The notes under the pieces: model-generated | Told to the model about the DNA's origin: nothing | Database searches by the model: none | What the model saw: the letters and a program-made list of their open reading frames with translations, nothing else | NCBI GenBank assembly: GCA_041488375.1 | Contig: JBGPPD010000002.1 | Coordinates: 3,823 to 67,822 of the forward strand | Length of the DNA: 64,000 nt | Source of the DNA: Gammaproteobacteria bacterium | Lineage (GTDB): Bacteria > Pseudomonadota > Gammaproteobacteria > Burkholderiales > SG8-39 | Reading direction: 5' to 3' | Translations under genes and position numbers: made by a program | Part shown: piece after piece, positions 28,792 to 44,091 of the stretch | Layout: every line of letters starts with the position of its first letter | Position numbering within the stretch: position 1 is the stretch's first letter

Positions 28792-28792
<1 letters not shown>
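28370..28792 (-). CDS. atpC: F0F1 ATP synthase subunit epsilon
   Basis: 140-aa tail of ORF 28370..30040 ([14 protein letters not shown]...). Follows atpD with a 1-nt overlap. Confidence 0.92.
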
Positions 28793-31097
<2,305 letters not shown>

Positions 31098-31141
31098 AGT
31101 TTCGAACAGGGGAACCTAGGATCCCCCGTTACCCTCCCCTT

Positions 31142-32689
<1,548 letters not shown>

Positions 32690-32698
32690 GACTGCTCC

Positions 32699-33235
32699 TT
32701 AAGCTTTCAGTGCGTTTTCGAGCGCGTTCAGCTGGGCGCGCGCGGAACCGTCGATAACCTTGTCGCCGATCACCACCTTCACCCCGCCGATCAGCGACTT
32801 GTCCACACTGACGCGGGCCCTCACCTTGCGGCCGGTCTTCTTCTCCAGGCGCGCAACCAGGTCGGCGACCTGGCCCTGGTCCATCTCGAACGCCGAGTAC
32901 ACCTCGGCCTCCACCGTGCCTTCACGCTGGTTCTTCAGCGCCTCGAAATGCGCGCGGATCTCCGCTACCACGTCCAAGCGGCCGTTCTCCGCCAGCACCC
33001 GCACGAAATTCTCGGCATCGCCGGAGAGCTTCCCGGCAAGGATCGATATGAACAGACCGGCGACCTTGGCCGCCGACAGGTTCGGGTCGCCTACGGCCGC
33101 GCGCACGCGCCCGTCCGCCGCCACGGCGGCGAGATTCGCCAGCGCCGCCGACCATTCGGCGAGTTTGCCCTGCGCGTCTGCCAGCCTGAAGGCCGCTTCT
33201 GCGTAGGGACGGGCGATGGTACTGGGTTCGGCCAT
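32699..33235 (-). CDS. atpH: F0F1 ATP synthase subunit delta
   Basis: 178 aa. N-terminus IARPYAEAAF, and operon position. Confidence 0.9.
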   Translation of the reverse strand: MAEPSTIARPYAEAAFRLADAQGKLAEWSAALANLAAVAADGRVRAAVGDPNLSAAKVAGLFISILAGKLSGDAENFVRVLAENGRLDVVAEIRAHFEALKNQREGTVEAEVYSAFEMDQGQVADLVARLEKKTGRKVRARVSVDKSLIGGVKVVIGDKVIDGSARAQLNALENALKA

Positions 33236-33237
33236 GC

Positions 33238-33708
33238 CTAGAGCTGCTTCTTGATGCCGTCGAGGAGGTCGGCGTGCGCCTTGGCGTCCACCTCGCGGCG
33301 CAGGATCTTCTCGGCGCCGGCTACCGCCAGCGCGGCGACCTGGTCGCGCAGCTTCTCGCGTGCGCGCGACACTTCCTGCTGGATGTCGGCCTTGGCGGCG
33401 GTTTTTTCCCGCTCGCCTACCGCCTTGGCATTGGCCTTCGCTTCCTCGACCACCTGCGCGGCGCGCTTCTCCGCCTGCGACACGATTTCTGCGGCCCGGC
33501 CCCGCGCGTCCTGGATCGCCTGCTCGGCCTGCTTGCTCGACGCCTCGAGGGATTTCCTGCCTTGCTCGCCCGCGGCCAGGCCGTCGGCGATGGTCTTCTG
33601 CCGCGCCTCGATGGCACGCAGCAACGGCGGCCAGACGAACTTGACCGTGAACCAGATGAACAGCGCAAACGCGACGGACTGCGCGATCAGCGTGAGGTTG
33701 AAGCTCAT
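33238..33708 (-). CDS. atpF: F0F1 ATP synthase subunit b
   Basis: 156 aa. A single N-terminal TM segment followed by a long charged helix. Confidence 0.9.
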   Translation of the reverse strand: MSFNLTLIAQSVAFALFIWFTVKFVWPPLLRAIEARQKTIADGLAAGEQGRKSLEASSKQAEQAIQDARGRAAEIVSQAEKRAAQVVEEAKANAKAVGEREKTAAKADIQQEVSRAREKLRDQVAALAVAGAEKILRREVDAKAHADLLDGIKKQL

Positions 33709-33730
33709 TGCAGCCCCTACGGGGTATCGT

Positions 33731-34871
<1,141 letters not shown>

Positions 34872-34874
34872 TGC

Positions 34875-35255
34875 CTATTCTTGGTCGCGAACAAAAAACG
34901 CCATGCCGAAAATCAGGACCGTTGCAACGAACGATCCAAAGAACGCGGGCGCGACGACGCTCTGATACGCCGCGAGCACCAGCCACAGCAGGATCACGAT
35001 GAGGCCGATTTTGACGCCCTCGGCCGCCAGCGCGCCAACCAGGACCTCCCCTGCGGACTGCGCTTTCCCCTTCGACGCCACAACCGCCGATGCCCAACCG
35101 GCGCATATGCTGACCGCGCCACCCAGGGCTGCGGACAGGGCGCCATCGACGCCTGCCAGAATTCCCACGGCGAGCGACAAGGCAGCGGTGGCGATTAATT
35201 GCCACCGCAAGACGGTGCGGATCGGCTTGCGCAGGGGGCCCAGACTGGCGTTCAT
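34875..35255 (-). CDS. atpI: ATP synthase protein I
   Basis: Small hydrophobic protein at the head of the atp operon. The track ORF begins at a TTG at 35273. The ATG at 35255 (MNASLG...) fits the upstream promoter better. Confidence 0.7.
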   Translation of the reverse strand: MNASLGPLRKPIRTVLRWQLIATAALSLAVGILAGVDGALSAALGGAVSICAGWASAVVASKGKAQSAGEVLVGALAAEGVKIGLIVILLWLVLAAYQSVVAPAFFGSFVATVLIFGMAFFVRDQE

Positions 35256-35282
35256 GCTCTTTGCCCCCCGCAAAGCCGCGCG

Positions 35283-35312
35283 ATTTTAACGGCTTGCACC
35301 AAGAACGGTCAA
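35283..35312 (-). promoter_or_regulatory. candidate sigma70 promoter of the atp operon
   Basis: Minus strand reads TTGACC, a 17-18 nt spacer, then TAAAAT, about 25 nt upstream of the atpI ATG. Confidence 0.5.
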
Positions 35313-35347
35313 CGCATTGCGCTGCAGCATCCGCGTGGCGCCCGCCT

Positions 35348-36184
35348 TCAGCGCAGCTTCTTGAGCAGTTGATCGAGGTGGTCGAGGCCGGAGTAGTGCA
35401 CGATCACGCGGCCCTTGCCCTTGCGGCCGCTGCGGATCTCGACTGTGGTGCCCAATCGGTTGGACACCTCTTCTTCAAGTCGCTCGAGGTCCCGATCGGG
35501 CTTCGCCGCACGCCGCGCGCCCTGACCCCGCAACATTTTCGCTACCAGCGCTTCAGTTTCGCGCACCGACAACCCGCGTGCTGCCGTCCTGTTTGCAGCT
35601 TCGATCTGGCGTGCGCCCTCCAGCGCCAGCACTGCACGCGCGTGCCCCATCTCCAGGACACCCTCCATCACCATTGCCTGCACTGGTTTGGCCAGGCGCA
35701 GCAGACGCAGCAAATTGGTCGTGGCACTGCGCGAGCGCCCGACAGCGTCGGCGGCCTGTTCGTGCGTCATGCGGAACTCGTCGACCAGCCGCTGCAATCC
35801 GGCCGCCTCCTCCATGGGATTGAGGTTTTCGCGCTGGATGTTCTCGATCAGCGACATCGCCAATGCGGATTCGTCCGGGACCTCGCGGATGAGCGCGGGG
35901 ATCTCCTGCAGCCCTGCCATCTGCGCAGCGCGCCAGCGCCGCTCCCCGGCGATCAGCTCGTAGCGGTCGCGGTCCACCGGGCGCACCAGTACCGGCTGCA
36001 TGAGGCCCTGGGACTTGATGGACGCGGCGAGTTCGGCGAGCGCTTCCTGTCCCATGCGAGTGCGCGGCTGGTACTTGCCGGGCCGGATTCGGCCCACCGG
36101 CAGCTTGGCGAGCGCATCCCGCGGCGCTTCGCCGGCGCCCAACAGCGCGTCCAGGCCGCGGCCCAGTCCCCTTGGCTTGCTCAT
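35348..36184 (-). CDS. parB: chromosome partitioning protein ParB
   Basis: ORF 35348..36496 trimmed to the ATG at 36184 (MSKPRGLGRGLDALLG). GERRWRAA box and HTH region. Confidence 0.92.
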   Translation of the reverse strand: MSKPRGLGRGLDALLGAGEAPRDALAKLPVGRIRPGKYQPRTRMGQEALAELAASIKSQGLMQPVLVRPVDRDRYELIAGERRWRAAQMAGLQEIPALIREVPDESALAMSLIENIQRENLNPMEEAAGLQRLVDEFRMTHEQAADAVGRSRSATTNLLRLLRLAKPVQAMVMEGVLEMGHARAVLALEGARQIEAANRTAARGLSVRETEALVAKMLRGQGARRAAKPDRDLERLEEEVSNRLGTTVEIRSGRKGKGRVIVHYSGLDHLDQLLKKLR

Positions 36185-36209
36185 GGCTTGCGTCCAGGTG
36201 GTTGCAGAC

Positions 36210-36995
36210 TCATGCAGCGGCAGACAATCCACTGCGTTCCCGCTCGAGCACTTCCTCGGCCAGCGACAGATACGCCTGGGCGCCCTTGGATTCCGGATCC
36301 CACAGTACCGCCGGCGTGCCGTAGCTTGGCGCCTCGGCCAAACGCACGTTGCGCGGCACGATGCTCCTGTAAACCTTGTCTGCGAAGTGCGTTTCGAGCT
36401 GGTCCGATACCTGCTGCGCGAGCGTATTGCGGGCGTCGTACATGGTACGCAGCAATCCTGCGATCTCCAGGTTCGGATTGAGATTCGCGCGCACACGCTT
36501 GACGGTGTCGACGAGGTCGGACAAGCCTTCCAGCGCGTAGTACTCGCACTGCATCGGGATCAGCACAGACTGCGCGGCCACTAGGCCGTTCAGGGTCAGC
36601 AGCGACAGTGAAGGCGGGCAATCGATGAACACGAAGTCGTATTCGCGCTCGACCGCGGCCAGCGCTGACTTGAGGCGGCTTTCGCGATTCTGCAGATCGA
36701 CCAGTTCGATCTCCGCACCGGCCAGCTCGCGGTTGGCGGGCAGCAGGTCGTAGCCCCCTCGTTCGGCGCGAGTACGAATGTTGGCGATCTCGCCGAGCCC
36801 GAGCAGCACGTGATACACGGTGCGGGCCGCAGTACGCTTGTCCACGCCGCTGCCCATGGTGGCATTGCCCTGCGGGTCCAGGTCGATGAGCAAGGTGCGC
36901 TGGCCAGCGCGGGCGAGCGCGGCGGCGAGATTGACACTGGTGGTGGTCTTGCCGACGCCCCCTTTCTGGTTTACCACTGCGATCACACGCGCCAT
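36210..36995 (-). CDS. parA: chromosome partitioning ATPase ParA (Soj)
   Basis: 261 aa with deviant Walker A NQKGGVGKTT. Confidence 0.92.
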   Translation of the reverse strand: MARVIAVVNQKGGVGKTTTSVNLAAALARAGQRTLLIDLDPQGNATMGSGVDKRTAARTVYHVLLGLGEIANIRTRAERGGYDLLPANRELAGAEIELVDLQNRESRLKSALAAVEREYDFVFIDCPPSLSLLTLNGLVAAQSVLIPMQCEYYALEGLSDLVDTVKRVRANLNPNLEIAGLLRTMYDARNTLAQQVSDQLETHFADKVYRSIVPRNVRLAEAPSYGTPAVLWDPESKGAQAYLSLAEEVLERERSGLSAAA

Positions 36996-36998
36996 GCA

Positions 36999-37628
36999 TC
37001 ACCCTTGGCAATGGCACAGCACGAGATGGCGCTGCGCCTCGAGCAGCGGTACCTGCAGGCGCCGCACATCGCGGCAATCTGCACCGGCAGGCACGCGTTC
37101 GAGTTCTGCTTGCGGAAACACGCCTTTCATCGCGGCGAGCACTCCGCCGGGGGCCAGAAGATGCCGGCAGGCACCGATGAAATCGGCAAGCTCGGCGAAG
37201 CCACGCGTGATGACGCAGTCGAACAGCTGTGCGGGCTGCCAGTCCTGGACTCGGCCGACATGCACGTCTGCATTCGCAAGTTTCAATTCGATCACCGCTT
37301 GCTGCAGGAACGCGCCTTTCTTGTGATTGGCGTCGTTGAGCGTCACGCGACGCTCGGGCTGCGCGATCGCGAGCGGGATCCCGGGCAGCCCGCCGCCCGA
37401 GCCGATGTCCGCAAGCGTTCCCGCCGGCAGATGCGGCAGGACGGCGAGCGAATCGAGCAGGTGGTGGCTGATCATCTTTTCCGGGTCGCGGATCGCGGTC
37501 AGGTTATAGGTCTTGTTCCATTTCGCGAGCAACTCGAGATAGGCGAGCAGTTTTTCCCGCGCTCCCCCGGGCAGCGCCAGCGCAAATTCGTCCAGCCCGC
37601 GCTGCAGCGCGGCCTGTTGCGACCTCAC
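36999..37628 (-). CDS. rsmG: 16S rRNA m7G527 methyltransferase
   Basis: 209 aa with SAM motif [10 protein letters not shown]. Sits between mnmG and parA. Confidence 0.9.
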   Translation of the reverse strand: MRSQQAALQRGLDEFALALPGGAREKLLAYLELLAKWNKTYNLTAIRDPEKMISHHLLDSLAVLPHLPAGTLADIGSGGGLPGIPLAIAQPERRVTLNDANHKKGAFLQQAVIELKLANADVHVGRVQDWQPAQLFDCVITRGFAELADFIGACRHLLAPGGVLAAMKGVFPQAELERVPAGADCRDVRRLQVPLLEAQRHLVLCHCQG

Positions 37629-39517
37629 GCACGCTTCTTCTGCGGCGGGAAGCCTCTTTTGAGATGTACCAGCAGCAAAGAGATCGCAGCAGGCGTGATC
37701 CCGGAAATACGTGCCGCTTGACCCAGCGTTTCGGGCCGCTGTTGTTCGAGCTTTTGCAGCACTTCCTTGGATAGCCCGCGCACGGCGCGGTAGTCGAGTT
37801 CAGCCGGCAATCTGCAATCTTCCTGACCAGCATTGCGCTCAACTTCGACTTTCTGGCGCTCGATATAACCTCGGTATTTGGCTTGAATTTCCACTTGCTC
37901 CGCGACCAAATCATCCTCGACACCAGTACCTGCAGTGGGAAGTGTCATAAGTGAGCGATAACTCACTTCTGGCCGCCGCAGCAGCGTGGCAAGGGAGTAG
38001 TGCCGTTCGATCGGCTTGCCAAAGACGCGTACCGCATCAGCCTCGGTGAGCCCTGCGGGCGAGACCCAAAGATGCTCCAGCCGCTCCTGTTCACTGGAAA
38101 TGGCGTCTCGCTTGCGACCAAAGGCATGCCAGCGCGCATCGTCCACCAATCCGAGCCGGCGACCAGTTTCGGTGAGGCGCAGGTCGGCGTTGTCCTCACG
38201 CAGCATGAGCCGGTATTCGGCACGACTGGTGAACATTCGGTATGGCTCCGACACGCCGCGCGTGATGAGATCATCCACGAGCACCCCGAGGTACGCCTCG
38301 TCGCGCCGCGGGCACCACGCGTCAGCACCACGCACCTGAAGCGCAGCGTTGATACCAGCCAGCAAGCCCTGGGCAGCCGCTTCCTCATAGCCCGTCGTGC
38401 CATTGATCTGGCCGGCGAAGAAAAGGCCTCCGAAGGTTTTTGTCTCTAGCGAGGACTTCAGGTTGCGCGGATCGAAATAGTCGTACTCAATGGCATAACC
38501 AGGACGCAGGATGTGGGCTTGTTCGAGCCCTCGAATCGAGCGTACCAGTTCCAGCTGAACGTCGAATGGCAAGCTGGTCGAGATGCCGTTGGGATAGATC
38601 TCGTGAGTTTCCAAGCCCTCAGGCTCTAGGAAGATCTGGTGGCTGGCCTTGTCGGCAAAGCGGTGGATCTTGTCTTCAATAGAAGGGCAGTAACGAGGAC
38701 CAACGCCTTGGATCACCCCTGTGTACATCGGCGAACGGTCCAACCCCTTGCGGATCGCCGCATGGCTACGCTCATTGGTACGCGTGATCCAGCAGGGCAG
38801 CTGGCGCGGATGCATGTTTCGATCGCCCACAAACGAAAAGACCGGCTCGGGTGAATCTCCCGGCTGCTGTTCCATGACCGAAAAATCAATCGACCGGCCA
38901 TCCAGCCGGGGTGGCGTCCCAGTTTTCAGCCTGCCCACCGGCAGTTTCATCTCCCGCAGACGGGCCGCGAGCGTCACAGCGGCAGGATCGCCCGCACGAC
39001 CTGCCTGGTAGCTCTGCAAGCCAACATGGACAACGCCGGAAAGGAACGTTCCAGCAGTCAGCACTACCGCGCGACCGTGGAAGCGGATTCCCAGCTGGGT
39101 GATCACTCCTGCGACACGTCTTCCGTCCAGCACGATATCGTCGACCGCTTGTTGGAACAGCGTCAGATTCGGTTGATTCTCCAGCCTGCGGCGAATCGAT
39201 CGCCGATACAGAACCCGATCCGCTTGCGCGCGCGTGGCTCGCACCGCCGGACCCTTCGAAGAATTCAGCGTGCGAAACTGGATTCCGGCTTCATCCGTGG
39301 CGGAAGCCATTGCGCCACCAAGCGCGTCAATTTCCTTGACCAGGTGCCCTTTGCCAATCCCGCCAATTGACGGATTGCAGGACATTTGGCCCAGCGTCTC
39401 GATGCTGTGAGTCAGTAGCAGGGTTCGACTACCCATCCGGGCGGCGGCGAGGGCAGCTTCGGTGCCGGCATGGCCGCCACCCACCACGATCACATCGAAT
39501 TCAGTCGGAAACTGCAT
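37625..39517 (-). CDS. mnmG: tRNA uridine-5-carboxymethylaminomethyl modification enzyme MnmG (GidA)
   Basis: The track ORF starts at a TTG at 39526. The ATG at 39517 gives [22 protein letters not shown]. Conserved throughout. Confidence 0.95.
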   Translation of the reverse strand: MQFPTEFDVIVVGGGHAGTEAALAAARMGSRTLLLTHSIETLGQMSCNPSIGGIGKGHLVKEIDALGGAMASATDEAGIQFRTLNSSKGPAVRATRAQADRVLYRRSIRRRLENQPNLTLFQQAVDDIVLDGRRVAGVITQLGIRFHGRAVVLTAGTFLSGVVHVGLQSYQAGRAGDPAAVTLAARLREMKLPVGRLKTGTPPRLDGRSIDFSVMEQQPGDSPEPVFSFVGDRNMHPRQLPCWITRTNERSHAAIRKGLDRSPMYTGVIQGVGPRYCPSIEDKIHRFADKASHQIFLEPEGLETHEIYPNGISTSLPFDVQLELVRSIRGLEQAHILRPGYAIEYDYFDPRNLKSSLETKTFGGLFFAGQINGTTGYEEAAAQGLLAGINAALQVRGADAWCPRRDEAYLGVLVDDLITRGVSEPYRMFTSRAEYRLMLREDNADLRLTETGRRLGLVDDARWHAFGRKRDAISSEQERLEHLWVSPAGLTEADAVRVFGKPIERHYSLATLLRRPEVSYRSLMTLPTAGTGVEDDLVAEQVEIQAKYRGYIERQKVEVERNAGQEDCRLPAELDYRAVRGLSKEVLQKLEQQRPETLGQAARISGITPAAISLLLVHLKRGFPPQKKRA

Positions 39518-39553
39518 GTGGGCCAACTCTGAGGAGGCGGCATGATACGTGAA

Positions 39554-39569
39554 TGTTCCACGTGGAACT
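39554..39569. promoter_or_regulatory. parS centromere-like site (TGTTCCACGTGGAACT)
   Basis: 15 of 16 matches to the palindromic parS TGTTCCACGTGGAACA. Intergenic, upstream of mnmG. Confidence 0.8.
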
Positions 39570-39592
39570 AGCGGAAGCCGCCACCTACACCA

Positions 39593-39608
39593 TGTTCCAC
39601 GTGGAACA
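39593..39608. promoter_or_regulatory. parS centromere-like site (TGTTCCACGTGGAACA, perfect palindrome)
   Basis: Exact 16-bp palindrome matching the parS consensus TGTTNCACGTGNAACA, 39 bp from the first copy. Confidence 0.85.
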
Positions 39609-39624
39609 AGAGTGACTTAGGGGA

Positions 39625-40869
39625 TTGCTGCAATGCAGCAATCTACATTCTCATGAGACAATCGCGGCCCTTTTGCGCCGTCCCCCCGTGATTTCCCTCA
39701 CCCGCTACGCCACGCTTCTCGAACGACCCGATCTGACGCGCACCATCATCGCCTCAGTGATCGGTCGATTGCCGATCGGCATCCTCGGCCTCGCCATCTT
39801 GCTTGCCACACAGGCCTCCAGCGAGTCCTTCGGCCTGGCGGGCGCGGTCGCCGCCTGCTACCTCGCAGGGCTCGCTGCCATGGCGCCCGTGCTCGGGCGC
39901 GTCATCGATCGCAAGGGCCCCGCGCGCACGTTGGCTGTTTGTACATTCCTATTTCCTGCAGCACTTGTGTCCCTGGTTGTAGCTCTGCACCTTGGCGCGC
40001 CCCTATGGACCGCATTCGCACTAGCAGCCCTCGCCGGTGCCTGCTTTCCACCCATAACGGTGTGTCTGCGCACGTTTCTGCGCCAACGCCTGACCGAAGA
40101 GACTCAGCTCGCTGCCGCGTATTCGCTCGAATCCGTGCTGATCGAGATCATTTTCATCATCGGCCCGATGCTGGTCGCCTTCTTCGTCGCCTACCTTTCG
40201 GCCGGTGCGGCCGTCCTGTTTGCCGCAAGTTGCGGCTTGCTCGGCACCTGGCTGTTCCTGCGTTCCCCGGCGCTCGTGCAATGGCGCATCGAGGAACGAA
40301 AGGTTGCGAGCCTGTTCGGACCTCTCGCGGTGCGCGGCTTCGTGCCTCTGCTCGCCGTCATCCTGGCGTACTCGGGCGCGTTCGGCCTGGTGGAGATCGG
40401 CGTCACCGCCTACGCGACGGAATCTGGCCGGCCAGCGCTGGCCGGCTTGATCCTCGGCCTAATGAGCGTGGGTAGCGCAGTCGGGGGCCTTGCTTACGGC
40501 AGCCGTAGTTGGCGCTTGCCGCTCGCGCGCCAGTTCGCCTTGATGCTCGCGATCATGGGAGTGGGTGTTGCTGCGCTGTCGCTGATCGCAAACGTCTTCG
40601 TGTTTTCTGCGCTCGGCGTACTGGCGGGCGTGGTCATGGCGCCGGCGCTTATCATCCAGTCGATGCTCGTCGCCAGAACGGCGCCCCAGCACTTCGCGAC
40701 TGAAGCGTTCACCTGGTCCGCAACCTGCCTGCTAAGCGGCGTTGGCGTCGGCCTCGCCGCCGGCGGACTAATACTTGAGCGCGCGAACTCTGCGGCGGTG
40801 CTGGTAGCGGCGGGAGCGGTGGCACTGAGCGCGTCGCTGATTTCCCTCGCCACACTGCGTGCAAACTAA
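39625..40869 (+). CDS. MFS transporter
   Basis: 12-TM-type hydrophobic profile. The track start is a TTG at 39625 with no convincing RBS. An in-frame GTG at 39688 (MISLTRYATLLERPDL...) is at least as plausible. Confidence 0.75.
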   Translation: MLQCSNLHSHETIAALLRRPPVISLTRYATLLERPDLTRTIIASVIGRLPIGILGLAILLATQASSESFGLAGAVAACYLAGLAAMAPVLGRVIDRKGPARTLAVCTFLFPAALVSLVVALHLGAPLWTAFALAALAGACFPPITVCLRTFLRQRLTEETQLAAAYSLESVLIEIIFIIGPMLVAFFVAYLSAGAAVLFAASCGLLGTWLFLRSPALVQWRIEERKVASLFGPLAVRGFVPLLAVILAYSGAFGLVEIGVTAYATESGRPALAGLILGLMSVGSAVGGLAYGSRSWRLPLARQFALMLAIMGVGVAALSLIANVFVFSALGVLAGVVMAPALIIQSMLVARTAPQHFATEAFTWSATCLLSGVGVGLAAGGLILERANSAAVLVAAGAVALSASLISLATLRAN

Positions 40870-40876
40870 GCCAAGG

Positions 40877-42214
40877 CTAGGCGATCACCGCAGATTTCAG
40901 GACCGAGTTGAGCGCAAATCCGAGTTTCGAGACCAGTTCGTCGAGCTGGTCTTCCTCGAGGATGAACGGCGGCGCGAGCAGTATGTGATCGCCCTGCGCG
41001 CCGTCGAGCGTGCCGCCCATCGGATAGCACATCAGGCCCGCCTCGAGCGCTTCCTTCTTGACCTTTGCATGAACGCGCAGCACAGGATCGAAAGGCCGCT
41101 TCGCGGCGCGGTCAGCAACCAACTCCACGCCCCAGAGCAGACCCCTGCCGCGGATATCTCCGACGTGCGGATGCTCGCCAAAGGCTGCGCGCAGCTTTGC
41201 CTCCAGCAGCCTCCCCAGCGGCATCACCCGTGCAAGCAACCCGTCATGGTGCAGGCGCCGTTGCACCGCGAGCGCGCCTGCGCAGGCGGCGGCGTGTCCC
41301 AGGTAGGTATGGCCATGCTGGAAGAATCCGCTGCTCGAGACGATGGTGTCATAGACGTGCTTGGCAACCAGCACCGCGCCGATCGGTTGGTAACCGGCAC
41401 CCAGGCCTTTCGCCGCCGTCACCAGATCAGGCACGATGCCTTCCTGCTCGAAAGCGTAGAGCGACCCACAGCGGCCCATGCCGCACATCACTTCGTCGAG
41501 GATCAGCAGGATTCCATGCCGATCGCACACCTCGCGAACGCACTTGAAATAGCCCGCCACCGGGGGCACCGCGCCTAGCGTGGCACCGGCCACCGTTTCC
41601 GCAACGAAGGCGATCACCTTGTCGCCGCCCAGCCTGCGAATTTCCGACTCGAGCTCCACGGCGAGACGCTCACCGTAGGCCGCGTCCGCCTCGCCAGCCT
41701 GTTTCCCACGGTAGGCATAGCAGGGTGAGACATGCGTCGTCCCAACAAGCAGCGGCTCGAACTGCCTGCGACGCGCTGCGCTGCCGCCGATGGCGAGCGC
41801 GCCGAGAGTATTGCCGTGATAGGACTGGCGACGGCCGATCAAGTAACGGCGCTGCGGCTCGCCTTTCTCTACGAAATACTGGCGCGCCAGTTTGAGCGCG
41901 GCCTCGATCGCTTCCGAGCCGCCGGATACCAAATACACCTTCTCCAGAGGCGCGGGCGCACGCTCAATGAGCGCGTCGGCCAGTGCTTCCATCGGCTCGT
42001 TGGTGAAGAAAGAGGTATGTGCGAACGGCAACTTGCCGAGCTGCTCCTGGATCGCTTTAATCACCGACTGATCCGAGTGCCCCAGGCAGGACACCGCCGC
42101 GCCGCCGGAGGCATCGAGGTAGCGCTTGCCACCGCGGTCGACAAGGTAGGCGCCTTCACCACGCACCGCGACCGGATAGGACTGGCGCGGATTGCGGTGA
42201 AAGACCCGGGTCAC
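40877..42214 (-). CDS. class III (omega) aminotransferase family protein
   Basis: 445 aa. Motifs [25 protein letters not shown] and a PLP-lysine context ([10 protein letters not shown]). The GTG start overlaps the pckG stop (GTGA). Confidence 0.85.
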   Translation of the reverse strand: MTRVFHRNPRQSYPVAVRGEGAYLVDRGGKRYLDASGGAAVSCLGHSDQSVIKAIQEQLGKLPFAHTSFFTNEPMEALADALIERAPAPLEKVYLVSGGSEAIEAALKLARQYFVEKGEPQRRYLIGRRQSYHGNTLGALAIGGSAARRRQFEPLLVGTTHVSPCYAYRGKQAGEADAAYGERLAVELESEIRRLGGDKVIAFVAETVAGATLGAVPPVAGYFKCVREVCDRHGILLILDEVMCGMGRCGSLYAFEQEGIVPDLVTAAKGLGAGYQPIGAVLVAKHVYDTIVSSSGFFQHGHTYLGHAAACAGALAVQRRLHHDGLLARVMPLGRLLEAKLRAAFGEHPHVGDIRGRGLLWGVELVADRAAKRPFDPVLRVHAKVKKEALEAGLMCYPMGGTLDGAQGDHILLAPPFILEEDQLDELVSKLGFALNSVLKSAVIA

Positions 42215-44049
42215 GCAGCAAGTTGCTGGTGCAGCCTTGAGCGGCGCTGCTCAATCTCGCCTGGCAGGTGGCTCCCAAGCCTGCCGAGGAACTCGTCGTG
42301 AGAGGCGACCTCGGTCTTCCACGCGTCGCCTTCCACGCGCACGATCTCCAGGTACTGCTCGCGAGTGAACTTCTCCAGGCCGTGCCAGTTGAGGTCCTCG
42401 AAGGCGGGGATGATGCCGAGCGGCGTCTCCGCGCCCTTCACCAGGCCATGACAGCGTCCCACGATCCATTCCAGCACGCGCATATTCTCGCCAAAGCCAG
42501 GCCAGATGTATTTGCCGCGCGCGTCCTTCCTGAACCAGTTGACGCGGAAGATGCGCGGCGGATGACGCACTGCCTTGCCCATCTTCAGCCAGTGCGCGAA
42601 GTAGTCGCCGATGTTGTAGCCGCAGAACGCGATCATGGCCATCGGGTCGCGCCGCACCACGCCGATCTTGCCGGTGATGGCCGCCGTGGTCTCCGAGCCG
42701 AGCGTGGCCCCCATGTACACGCCATCTTCCCAGCTCGGCGCCTCGACAACCAGGGGAACCGTCGTCGAGCGCCGGCCCCCGAACAGGAAAGCCGAGATCG
42801 GCACGCCGCCCGAGTCCTCCCACCTGGGATCCATCGACGGGCACTGTGCCGCCGCCACGGTGAAGCGGGAGTTGGGATGCGCCGCAAGCCTGCCGCAGCC
42901 GGCCGTCCACTCCTTGCCTTGCCAGTCGGTGAGGCGCGCGGGCGGCTGCTCGGTCATGCCCTCCCACCACACGTCGCCTTCCGGCGTGAGCGCGACGTTG
43001 GTGAAGATCACGTTCGACTTCAGCGTGCGCATCGCGTTCGGATTGGTCACCTCCGAGGTCCCCGGCGCGACGCCGAAGAAGCCGGCCTCCGGGTTAATCG
43101 CGTAGAAGTGACCGTCGTGCCCAGGCTTGATCCAGGCGATGTCCTCGCCGATGGTGGTGACCTTCCAGCCCTTGTAGGCGGCAGGCGGAACGAGCATGGC
43201 GAAGTTGGTCTTGCCGCAGGCGCTCGGGAACGCCGCGGCGACGTAGGACTTCTGTCCCGCGGGCGATTCGACACCCAGGATCAGCATGTGCTCGGCGAGC
43301 CAGCCCTCGTCGCGCGCCATCACCGAGGCGATGCGCAACGCGAGGCATTTTTTGCCGAGCAGGGCGTTGCCGCCGTATCCCGAGCCGTAGGACCAGATCT
43401 CGCGCGTCACGGGGAAGTGCACGATCCACTTCTCCTTGTCGTTGCACGGCCAGAGCACGTCCTTTTGCCCTGCGGCGAGCGGCGCGCCCACCGAGTGCAT
43501 CCCGGGCACGAAGTCGCCGTCCTCGCCCAGCCACTCGGCTACTGCGCGGCCCATGCGCGTCATGATGCGCATATTGATCGCCACGTAGGCCGAGTCGGAG
43601 ATTTCGACGCCGATCTGCGCGATGTGCGAGCCGATCGGTCCCATCGAGTAGGGCATCACATACATGGTGCGCCCACGCATGCAGCCGTCGAACAGGCGCA
43701 GCAGCGTGGCGCGCATTTCGTGCGACTCGACCCAGTTGTTGGTCGGCCCGGCCTGCTCCTTCTTATCGCTGCAGATGAAGGTACGGTCTTCCATGCGTGC
43801 CACGTCGCTCGGATTCGAGCGCGCGAGGTAGCTGTTCGGGCGCAGCTTCTGGTTCAGCTTGATCAGGGTGCCGGCGGCGACGAGTTCTTCGCATAGGCGG
43901 TCGTATTCCGCCTGCGATCCGTCGCACCACACGATGCGCTCAGGCTTGGCGAGCAGCGCCATCTCGGATACCCACAGTCGCAGGCCCGCGTGGTGCAACC
44001 AATCGGGTGCCTGGGAAAGGTCCTTCTGCGCGGCGCCGGGTGCGTTCAT
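42211..44049 (-). CDS. pckG: phosphoenolpyruvate carboxykinase (GTP)
   Basis: 612 aa. GTP-PEPCK kinase-1a and PEPCK-specific motifs ([15 protein letters not shown]-like GEDIAWIK). Confidence 0.93.
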   Translation of the reverse strand: MNAPGAAQKDLSQAPDWLHHAGLRLWVSEMALLAKPERIVWCDGSQAEYDRLCEELVAAGTLIKLNQKLRPNSYLARSNPSDVARMEDRTFICSDKKEQAGPTNNWVESHEMRATLLRLFDGCMRGRTMYVMPYSMGPIGSHIAQIGVEISDSAYVAINMRIMTRMGRAVAEWLGEDGDFVPGMHSVGAPLAAGQKDVLWPCNDKEKWIVHFPVTREIWSYGSGYGGNALLGKKCLALRIASVMARDEGWLAEHMLILGVESPAGQKSYVAAAFPSACGKTNFAMLVPPAAYKGWKVTTIGEDIAWIKPGHDGHFYAINPEAGFFGVAPGTSEVTNPNAMRTLKSNVIFTNVALTPEGDVWWEGMTEQPPARLTDWQGKEWTAGCGRLAAHPNSRFTVAAAQCPSMDPRWEDSGGVPISAFLFGGRRSTTVPLVVEAPSWEDGVYMGATLGSETTAAITGKIGVVRRDPMAMIAFCGYNIGDYFAHWLKMGKAVRHPPRIFRVNWFRKDARGKYIWPGFGENMRVLEWIVGRCHGLVKGAETPLGIIPAFEDLNWHGLEKFTREQYLEIVRVEGDAWKTEVASHDEFLGRLGSHLPGEIEQRRSRLHQQLAA

Positions 44050-44063
44050 CTGCGTGAACTCCT

Positions 44064-44091
44064 GAAAGCAAAACGGCCCGGAAGGGGCCGT
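44064..44091 (-). terminator. GC hairpin plus T-run (mnmE terminator or pckG leader structure)
   Basis: Minus strand reads ACGGCCC-CTTCC-GGGCCGT followed by TTTTGCTTTC. It lies 90 nt past the mnmE stop and ends about 15 nt before the pckG ATG. Confidence 0.5.
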
